A stretch of 60,313 nucleotides of DNA from a virus (Duplodnaviria; Caudoviricetes): positions 1 through 60,313 of the IMG/VR virus record IMGVR_UViG_3300047476_000372, one strand, 5' to 3'. The notes below the pieces were generated by a model. It worked only from the letters and a program-made list of their open reading frames with translations. It ran no database searches and was not told the origin of the DNA. Position 1 is the first letter of the stretch, and every line of letters starts with the position of its first letter. This document shows, one piece after another, positions 54,801 through 60,313 of the stretch. A program made the translations under genes and the position numbers.

Positions 54801-57080
54801 CAAGAGACTATAGATTACTACAGAGAGAATAAGGGTAAGTACTTGGTACGTTCTTACGAATCTATAAACTATAAAGATACTAAGGTATCTAAGTTTCTCT
54901 ACGGAGAAGGCTTGGATGTAGATAATGTAACTAAGAAACTAAAGAATGTAGATAAATCTGTTGTAGATGCAGCACTTAAGTTCCTTGCTGATAGGGCTAT
55001 GGAACAGAACTCTTCTTTATCTGAAGAGGATGCTATGAGACAGGCTAGAATTGAGGCTAATGGACTTCTATCAAATGCTGAAGAGTATGTCATGCAGAAA
55101 GGCCTTACTGGCAGCACTAATATAGCTTCTTTAGGAAAGAGACTATCTGATAAAGAGTTTGCTCCAGAACTTAGGGCATTGATGGGTGAATACACCGACC
55201 CTATATATAACTACTATGCATCTATATTTAAGATAGCAAGTCTTACTTCTGCTAGACAATACCTAAACTCTATGAAGGAGTATGGTATGGGTAAATTTAT
55301 GTTCCCATACAAGACAGAAGAAGCTACAGTGCAGATAGCTGGAGAGGGTTCTAGGACCCTTGAGCCACTGAATGGTCTGTATACATTCCCAGAGATTTAT
55401 GAGGCACTAAAGAAGGCAGACAAGGATGTACAGCCAATAATTATCCAGACACTAGGTAGGATACGTAAGTTCAAGACTGTATATAACCCTGCTACACATA
55501 TTAAGAATATAGTAGGTAATACAGGATTTGCTATGTCTAACGGTCACTGGAACTACATGAAAGAGGCTTACAAGTACATGAGAGCTTCTGTCACAGGGGA
55601 GACCGATGAGGATATCAATAGAGTTATGGACACCCTAAACAGATATGGTGTTTTAAACAATACTATTGGTATAGGAGAACTAAAGCAATATTTTAACAGA
55701 CATGAGAATGTAGATGACTTCTTGACTGAGATATATCAAGCTGGTGGTAAGAATAAGGCTATGTTCGGAAAAGTAAAGAATGCTGTTGCTCAAGTACCTA
55801 AGTTCATGGAGAAGGCGTACCAGATAGAGGATGACCTATTCAAGATACTTGGATTTGTGAATGAATCTAACAGGTATGCTAAAGCAATGTATAATGCAGA
55901 GTATAATAAGCTTACTGATGCTCAAAGGTCAGAGGTAGATAAGGTAGTTGCTGAGATTGTAAAGGATACATATCCTACATTCACTCGTGTTCCTAAGATT
56001 GTAAAAACAATTAGTAAGGGATTGTTTATGGGTAACTTCTTGTCATTCCCTGTAGAGTCGGTAAGGACTCAATATAACTCTATGGCACTTGCTTTGAAAG
56101 AGATTAATAGCGGGAATCCAAGGCTTAAAAATGTCGGTCTAACTAGACTTGCAGGAGCTGCTGCATATAATGCTATATTCTCTGGAATGGTTTACTACTC
56201 TTACTCTTTAGCAGCTGCTGGACTTACTGGTATGTTAGGAGTTCTAAATGGAGACGATGAGGATGAAACAGAAAATGCAAAGGCTATATCAAGATACGTC
56301 CCTCAGTGGAATATGAAGACAGATAAATACATTGAAATGTTTTCCAATGGTAAACTTATATATTATGACATTGGTTCTCTAGATTCATATAGCTACCAGA
56401 AAAGAGTTTGGAATGCGTTTTGGTCTAACATAAATAATAAAGAAGGGTTTGATAAGGCTATATCTGAGTCTATTGCAGAAGCAGTTGACCCATGGCTACA
56501 GAGAGACTTTGCGATAGAAAACTTTAATAAGTTGTGGAATAATCCAAACAACTCTATATATAATCCAAAGGATAATGCATGGAGAAAGTTGCAGGATATG
56601 TCTATGTTTGTTGCAAAACAAATGGGTCCGGGTGCTCTTGGAGCATCTATAAAGATAGCTGATAGCTACACTAAGGGAGACTACGACAAAGCTATAAACG
56701 AAGGTTTTTCTCAAATTGTCAGGAGATATGATATAGACCTTGAGAAGCAATTTAAAACATTTATATATGTAGATAATACTAATAAGAATAGTGATATTGG
56801 ATTTAGGGATGCACTTAGGAATACAGAAGATATATATAAAAGAGCTAAAGATGCTGGAGCTAAGGGTATTGAACTAGATGATGCATATAGGGAAGCTGTA
56901 GATAAGTACAAAGAGCAAGTTAAGATTATTAGAGAGTACTACAATTCAGCTACTAGAGCGGGTGTACCAGCCAAGAAGCTTAATGAAATTATGGATAAAT
57001 CAGGGTTTAGTCCAGCTGTTAAGAAGGGTGTAACTGAAGGTAAGTTTAACTTCCCTGACAAGAGTTACATTAAGAAGTAG
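48861..57080 (+). CDS. Giant polyvalent virion/ejection protein (2739 aa) with zincin HEGFH and an EEVQSDW domain
   Basis: N-terminal FA..VK.KYPEY..D.EL motif, HEGFH at 51546, H.R...R...G.K.L.LEEVQSDW; no RNAP DxDGD motif seen. Confidence 0.75.
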   Translation: MPDKVSPSKFAASVKAKYPEYQSYDDIELTNAIIKKFPEYKEYVDFGGPVPAAKPRPTGGLPSFQQQVEYMTPLVSEEQPRPSKYQEAVNKDKSEIGKTASTFYNTILGSFETLTKLATELPAAFPVTPYQFSPVDIGGAAESARKFQQLPLEERLKPVKESRKGIERAFDVVRSGYTTREEEAALKGQFDVTDGIGFKDFQALLAMSGGIATDMALGAATGGATFVGQGMQYAFEDYDNAVQKSGYAMDPKARNLYGIAGGVINGVLEKFAVDKIVGDVPVFRDLQRKVIANVLKNTANVTGKRAIDAIEEAAVAEVRKLSSNLKRAGYRALVEGGTEAAQAALEDGMKFASNAVQGNEVFNEEEIAKGFISNVVNSAVAGGVFGPMLGAGADITFGKNVNTEILTDIANAKTTEDLDGIRQELTKTFDENNFSQEERDIIMNNANRYAQIKQTIPEGTPALSQSVAIPKIEQRMKLDEEINKKTEYINTVDEAVRGSEEQELSFLQDKRASLNDEIREVISNDVFNYTEENGKYYKSLEGGAKEEISKNRYDLEQIKRGNYATTESKEQVQEGRPEGDISQRQGAQEIQDQEAFKSDIGYRYIVGEEGDDIPITALLNKKVRVKGQPAILYQQGQTIEARIIGTNRIIEIGNVNKLMNELPDAYDIELDEVLVTETPQGYRIEGQPLKNTNENPLDAISLDQNGNVMNVVLTTPAGKRRKFRGQVAQDLAYQIQLKEILKDEEQFEEFLTREHQAELDAAAKIAAQQEPEQVQEPVQEQAVGVDETISPRQVEPTYGRVTDRDATTSVRLPNPNRIQRKVLNDARKVATALEIFIPRTTGQAVQISLHDANSFEEAVVAAGGTQQDATSRGFYMATDGSIHLNMDNLETDTVLHEGFHPVLDFVEATNPAKINEFYNKLASIPGAEPIIAKAKELYGEGDAHKKEAITDFVAAVADGRVVVNPSNFQKIKAFVLNLVKSLGIGSGQKILTVKDETGLVELSKYITEQFTSEFGLITTVDVANIISEKEANREIAEVEKDLIGEKQYDSSEGQDVDKTIPEKGSGRGPQFSRSTLENAKNNLKKVSDLAGTKIARVVFYDMTRVGKLDIKNIKTGYTPNIEGKGGPLYSYMDNSVQNKSVLAFVSINQAIQSLQRQQMFPEAVHAIASQNPMTAHLGNKSTLQALFGEGIGIFQNAAKTKAQEKEIVNILVSEIDRMSKMPPNIEASKSVNKILQKVNLSSIKTINDFRDNILLGEGDSFGKRGSILTELLQNKQSKVTAATRNSHKILHYKYGIPTIEDIAKGNNQSELSNIELGDVVKLVRPSVEPVIYTTDPAMFERYSNNPTPEMKKGGIRIELLPEESAHESYPFVLVGENVALLEEYIGAQQLYQNFKDIKKSATFFKVGRMKKESEAGRVPVSVITEQKGPQFQRQYADVVNGFYSPIVKKVNEFKQPNASATKWKEIVGFKTDEAVYSGLADWLNSKKPNEQVSKQDVLKFMKDNRLQIIEKTRGGDYKVFDMRTDREVDSFETLDEAQDFVASAREDGDRYGIEEPIGGFISSIYEGYQLPGGKDYKERLVMLPGKDIFKGNHFKNDSNILVHLRMNTRTDADGKKVLFLEEVQSDWGQQGKREEFKEIPKAPFVTDTNAWVKLGMKIALKEAVKEGADRIAWTTGQQQNERYDLRKQVDEIQYNDNGDGTYSYSAVKNNSEIGSKQNVSIKVVEEDLGKDIADKILSSEGSKIPFSDAAGAKSLKGEDLKFGGKGMNAFYGDAQNVGIVGKVAKAVVKELTGKEGVIIESKISSPVNQDVIDRYNRARQYGNVPEALAKEYEQATGLQGTQPAIELTPELKQSVKAGMPQFQKAPTKAISKKPIVGVVQKTFIDQFRYGVLGKEGVKLKEAQAGELSAELAKAERVTKNAIQLIAKYKNSVSKTDVEDFMTGNEVEGNLPADLAAALTEAREHVDNMTERLIHLGVIDDQETIDYYRENKGKYLVRSYESINYKDTKVSKFLYGEGLDVDNVTKKLKNVDKSVVDAALKFLADRAMEQNSSLSEEDAMRQARIEANGLLSNAEEYVMQKGLTGSTNIASLGKRLSDKEFAPELRALMGEYTDPIYNYYASIFKIASLTSARQYLNSMKEYGMGKFMFPYKTEEATVQIAGEGSRTLEPLNGLYTFPEIYEALKKADKDVQPIIIQTLGRIRKFKTVYNPATHIKNIVGNTGFAMSNGHWNYMKEAYKYMRASVTGETDEDINRVMDTLNRYGVLNNTIGIGELKQYFNRHENVDDFLTEIYQAGGKNKAMFGKVKNAVAQVPKFMEKAYQIEDDLFKILGFVNESNRYAKAMYNAEYNKLTDAQRSEVDKVVAEIVKDTYPTFTRVPKIVKTISKGLFMGNFLSFPVESVRTQYNSMALALKEINSGNPRLKNVGLTRLAGAAAYNAIFSGMVYYSYSLAAAGLTGMLGVLNGDDEDETENAKAISRYVPQWNMKTDKYIEMFSNGKLIYYDIGSLDSYSYQKRVWNAFWSNINNKEGFDKAISESIAEAVDPWLQRDFAIENFNKLWNNPNNSIYNPKDNAWRKLQDMSMFVAKQMGPGALGASIKIADSYTKGDYDKAINEGFSQIVRRYDIDLEKQFKTFIYVDNTNKNSDIGFRDALRNTEDIYKRAKDAGAKGIELDDAYREAVDKYKEQVKIIREYYNSATRAGVPAKKLNEIMDKSGFSPAVKKGVTEGKFNFPDKSYIKK
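50548..50706 (+). CDS. Nested +1-frame small basic protein (52 aa, MPLQKAKSKSKKDVQKAISANVRELKK...ILAIAISSA)
   Basis: Resembles the widespread MPLKKG.S...IS.NI.E......P..QA.AIA.S.A phage protein pattern; A-rich/GAGGA leader; host-frame codons atypical here. Confidence 0.75.
   Translation: MPLQKAKSKSKKDVQKAISANVRELKKSKTKRPLNQILAIAISSAKKGMTSR
51088..51291 (+). CDS. Candidate nested +1-frame protein (67 aa)
   Basis: A-rich leader, amphipathic core, host frame low-complexity with C-ending codons. Confidence 0.5.
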   Translation: MKNNLKSSLQGSTKQNSMQQPKSQPSKNLSKFKSLSKNRQLELMKQFLQGKSNQPMAGSQTEMQQQA

Positions 57081-57115
57081 GGCTATATTTCTTATATTTG
57101 CATAAATAATATAAT

Positions 57116-57646
57116 ATGCCATTCATAACAGCCTTTACGGTTACACAGACTGGTGACTGTACTAAGTTTACAGTAAATGACACCTCTAACTACGCTACAG
57201 AAGGTACTGGCACTTTTACTGCTAGAAAATTAACTATACAGAAATCTGACGGTACATATCTTACTGTAGGCGCAACAGTTTATAATGAATACGTGTGGCC
57301 ATTTGCCAGTGGTAACTCTATAGAGTTTACTGCTATTGACAAAGACTATTCATACGAAGTCACTCTTGCTCATACGTCAAGCGCACCTCAACCGGGTTCT
57401 ACCTATACAAAAACTAATGCTGCTGTTCTAGTTTGTTATACCATGAGTGGTTTCTACACTTTTGCGTATAACATGGTAATTAACCCTTCTTTAGAAAAGA
57501 ATTACAAATATGTAAAAGATGTCATGAGGTTGTGGATAGAGAAAGAATCTGCGCAGAAAGCTGCAATAGATAATGATTTTCAGGCATCACAGGCATCACT
57601 TGATAGAGCTAAGAATATTGTAGATAACATTACATCAGGTTACTAA
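57116..57646 (+). CDS. Tail hub / fibre-attachment protein (putative)
   Basis: Beta-rich N-terminus plus helical C-terminus; precedes the tail fibre; own -7 box. Confidence 0.6.
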   Translation: MPFITAFTVTQTGDCTKFTVNDTSNYATEGTGTFTARKLTIQKSDGTYLTVGATVYNEYVWPFASGNSIEFTAIDKDYSYEVTLAHTSSAPQPGSTYTKTNAAVLVCYTMSGFYTFAYNMVINPSLEKNYKYVKDVMRLWIEKESAQKAAIDNDFQASQASLDRAKNIVDNITSGY

Positions 57647-57647
57647 T

Positions 57648-60313
57648 ATGGCATACTCACCATTACAGATATCGTCTGCCTTACTTAAGTCAGAAAAGAC
57701 TATTTATAAAATAGGTCAGATAGCATATGATAATATGTTTTCAGAGGACGATGAGACATTGGACTATGAAAGAGACATTATATTCATATATAAAGAGTCT
57801 GTTAACTATGCAAAAAACGTATATATAGGGGAACAGAAGCTTGATAAGCTAGTAGAGAAATTATCTGCTAAGATATATGCCTATGACTATGGAGAGTTAA
57901 ATCCAGTATATTCAGATGCTGTAATAACAGCTTCTGCAATAGTAGGAACAGCATATTTAAATGATTTGAGTGATGTAACTATATCAAATCTACTTGACAA
58001 TCAAATACTTAGATATAATGCAGCTACTGGACAATGGATTAACGTAGGTCCGGGAAATACTGTTAGAAATAGCCAATCTTTTGTAGCTACTGCAGGACAA
58101 ACTTCTTTTACTACTGCCTATCCATTTGATATACAGTTATTAGATGTATATATCAATGGTGTGAAAATTAACTCTAGCTCTTATTCAACAGTTGGAGAAT
58201 ATACCATAAATCTAGTTGATGGGTGCATAGCTGGTGACATAGTTGATGTGGTAATATTTGACCCTGAGACATCAATACTACCTCCTGTAAATAACCTAAA
58301 TGATTTAAACGATGTAAATATTGGGCCTTTAGTCAATAAGCAGGGTCTTTATTATAATTCTGTTAGTGGTTTATGGGAGAATGGATTAGTTTTTGTGCCT
58401 TATACAGGAGCTCTTGGAAATGTAGATTTAGGAGAGTATGAAATACGTGCTGGTCAGTTTACTCTTGATACATCTCCAACAGGTGTAGCTACCGTTGGTA
58501 CTACTAGGTGGAATGATACAATAGGTAGTAGCGAGACAACCCTAAAAGGTGGTAGTGTTATTCTAAAGAATGGTGTGGACTTGGTGGCGAGAATAGTAAA
58601 TAAAGTTTCTCCTAACCAAACATTAACTAAAGCTGCTTATCAAGCGGTTAGAGTTAGTGGCGCACAAGGTCAGAGATTAGCGGTAGCTTTAGCACAAGCA
58701 AATAACGACAATAATAGTGCAGATACGATTGGACTTGTTACCGAGACGATAGCAACCAACCAAGAAGGGTTTATAATGACCGTTGGTTCGCTTGAAGGTA
58801 TAAATACAACTGGTTCTCTACAAGGCGAGACTTGGGTGGATGGTGATGTAATATATTTAAGTCCTACTACGGCTGGTGCTTTGACTAACGTCAAACCTAT
58901 TGCTCCTCAACATATTATTGTAATTGGTTATGTTGAGTACGCTCACGCAAACAATGGTAAGTTGTATGTTAAGGTGATGAACGGATGGGAGTTAGGGGAA
59001 TTGCATGACGTAGATACTACTGGTGCAACTGCTGGTCAGGTGCTTAAATACAACGGCACTATCTGGACACCGAGTGGGGATGCTGGGATAACGGGAACGG
59101 GTACAAGTGGTCAAGTTGCCTATTTCACTGGCTCGACTACACAAGCTGGTAGTAATAATTTGTTTTGGGATAATGCGAATGTTAGATTAGGTATAGGAAG
59201 AAATAATCCGCAAAATTCTCTTCATATTAGCAGTACTGGTGGTGGTGCAATATATTTAGAAGATAGTGATGCTACTTCTACTTTTAATACAACTGAAATT
59301 TCTAATAACGCTGGAAACTTTAATCTAACAACAAGAAGTTCTGCTGGTGCATTTGTTTCATCTGACTATCAAATAGTAAAAGATACAATTAGTTCTCAAT
59401 ATCACAGGTGGTTTACTGGTGGAACTGAAAGAGTTAGATTATTTAACACTGGCAACTTCGGTATCGGCACTGGTGCGACTGATTCGGGGCAGAGGTTACA
59501 AGTTATTGGTACTTCATCAATTAGCGGACAAGCTGATTTTGGAAATGCTATTTTAGTAGCTGGGCCTATTGGAGCACACCAAACAAGCAAAGGTGTTATT
59601 GAATACAACGCTAATAAAGTTGCTATACGTGCTTATGGTGCAACTGCTGGAACTGGTATTATAGCATTTAACACTGGTGGAGGTGGAGGTAGTGCAGATA
59701 CGGAGAGAGTAAGGATAATGGAGAATGGTAGTGTTTTAGTTGGTATTGCTGGTATTACGAATGTGGACTTGATGTTAAGGAGAAATTTAACAGCTACTAG
59801 TGGTACTGCATATTCAGTATATGTTAACTCAACAATACAATCAGATGTAACCTCAAATGCTTCTCTTTTTGCAACAAATGTTTCAACACAAGCTGCTGCA
59901 TTTACCCTAACTAATCTATTTCATTACAATGCTAGCCCAACTACAATAGGTGCTGGTAGTGCAATAACAAACGAATATGGTTTCTACGGAAACTTATCAG
60001 CCGCTACTGGTCGTTGGAATCTCTATATGAACGGCACTGCCAACAACTATATGGCGGGGTCGTTGGGGATTGGGAGTACGAGTTTAACGGGTATTAATCT
60101 AAGAGTATCAAAAAATATTACAGGAGCAACTGCTTCTTTTAATGTTCTTGCTTCTGGTGCTGTTCAATCAGATGTAACTTCTGCCTATGGGTTTTATAAT
60201 GCATCATCAACAGCGGCAGCTTCTTTTACTTTAAATGCCTACTTTCATTTCTTTGCCGAACAAGGTACATTTGGTGTAGGTTCAACGGTTTCAAGTCAAT
60301 ATGGATTTTATGT
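57648..60313 (+). CDS. Tail fibre/spike, N-terminal part (MAYSPLQ...), runs off the window end
   Basis: ATG at 57648, open to the end (absent from the ORF track because it has no stop). In frame with base 1 via the terminal overlap; ~2109 aa if joined. LNDLSDV and ELHDV fibre motifs. Confidence 0.88.
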   Translation, partial: MAYSPLQISSALLKSEKTIYKIGQIAYDNMFSEDDETLDYERDIIFIYKESVNYAKNVYIGEQKLDKLVEKLSAKIYAYDYGELNPVYSDAVITASAIVGTAYLNDLSDVTISNLLDNQILRYNAATGQWINVGPGNTVRNSQSFVATAGQTSFTTAYPFDIQLLDVYINGVKINSSSYSTVGEYTINLVDGCIAGDIVDVVIFDPETSILPPVNNLNDLNDVNIGPLVNKQGLYYNSVSGLWENGLVFVPYTGALGNVDLGEYEIRAGQFTLDTSPTGVATVGTTRWNDTIGSSETTLKGGSVILKNGVDLVARIVNKVSPNQTLTKAAYQAVRVSGAQGQRLAVALAQANNDNNSADTIGLVTETIATNQEGFIMTVGSLEGINTTGSLQGETWVDGDVIYLSPTTAGALTNVKPIAPQHIIVIGYVEYAHANNGKLYVKVMNGWELGELHDVDTTGATAGQVLKYNGTIWTPSGDAGITGTGTSGQVAYFTGSTTQAGSNNLFWDNANVRLGIGRNNPQNSLHISSTGGGAIYLEDSDATSTFNTTEISNNAGNFNLTTRSSAGAFVSSDYQIVKDTISSQYHRWFTGGTERVRLFNTGNFGIGTGATDSGQRLQVIGTSSISGQADFGNAILVAGPIGAHQTSKGVIEYNANKVAIRAYGATAGTGIIAFNTGGGGGSADTERVRIMENGSVLVGIAGITNVDLMLRRNLTATSGTAYSVYVNSTIQSDVTSNASLFATNVSTQAAAFTLTNLFHYNASPTTIGAGSAITNEYGFYGNLSAATGRWNLYMNGTANNYMAGSLGIGSTSLTGINLRVSKNITGATASFNVLASGAVQSDVTSAYGFYNASSTAAASFTLNAYFHFFAEQGTFGVGSTVSSQYGFY
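60090..60313 (+). repeat. Terminal overlap, copy 2 (matches 1-224)
   Basis: Direct comparison of the two ends. Confidence 0.95.

Noticed and set aside
1-60313. Stop-codon reassignment as in some crAss-like phages
   Set aside because: Long genes are intact under the standard code, TAG and TGA serve as normal stops, and there is no suppressor tRNA.

Overview
This window is an essentially complete ~60.1 kb AT-rich lytic-type phage genome with crAss-like podovirus structural genes, most likely infecting a Bacteroidota host (TAnnTTTG -7 promoters; A-rich starts without Shine-Dalgarno). It is opened inside the giant tail-fibre gene: 60090-60313 repeats 1-224 with 5 mismatches. Two divergent arms flank a 1.5 kb non-coding control region (27567-29080). 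The minus arm (27.5 to 9.3 kb) has many small early genes, DUF932, two DnaA-domain-IV proteins, dNMP kinase, ERF, RecE-like exonuclease, primase-helicase and nucleases. The plus arm (29.1 kb through the end to 8.9 kb) has a RepL-like protein, small basic proteins, tandem GroES, TerL, portal, major capsid, ring/muzzle proteins, a 2739-aa polyvalent protein, tail fibre and the lysis cassette. I recognised no DNA polymerase, RNA polymerase or integrase. Main observations: (1) a ~500-nt ornate structured RNA heading the early arm, plus further pseudoknotted and tRNA-like RNAs at 17.7-19.2 kb; (2) at least three small basic proteins overprinted inside other genes; (3) a GIY-YIG endonuclease inserted into the endolysin 3' end with a synonymously recoded duplicate of that end; (4) anti-start-codon sequences in front of two late terminators; (5) repeated PQF(S/Q)(R/K) linkers in the giant protein; (6) apparent CCWGG and GATC avoidance. 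All family assignments come from motif recognition by eye; no searches were run.
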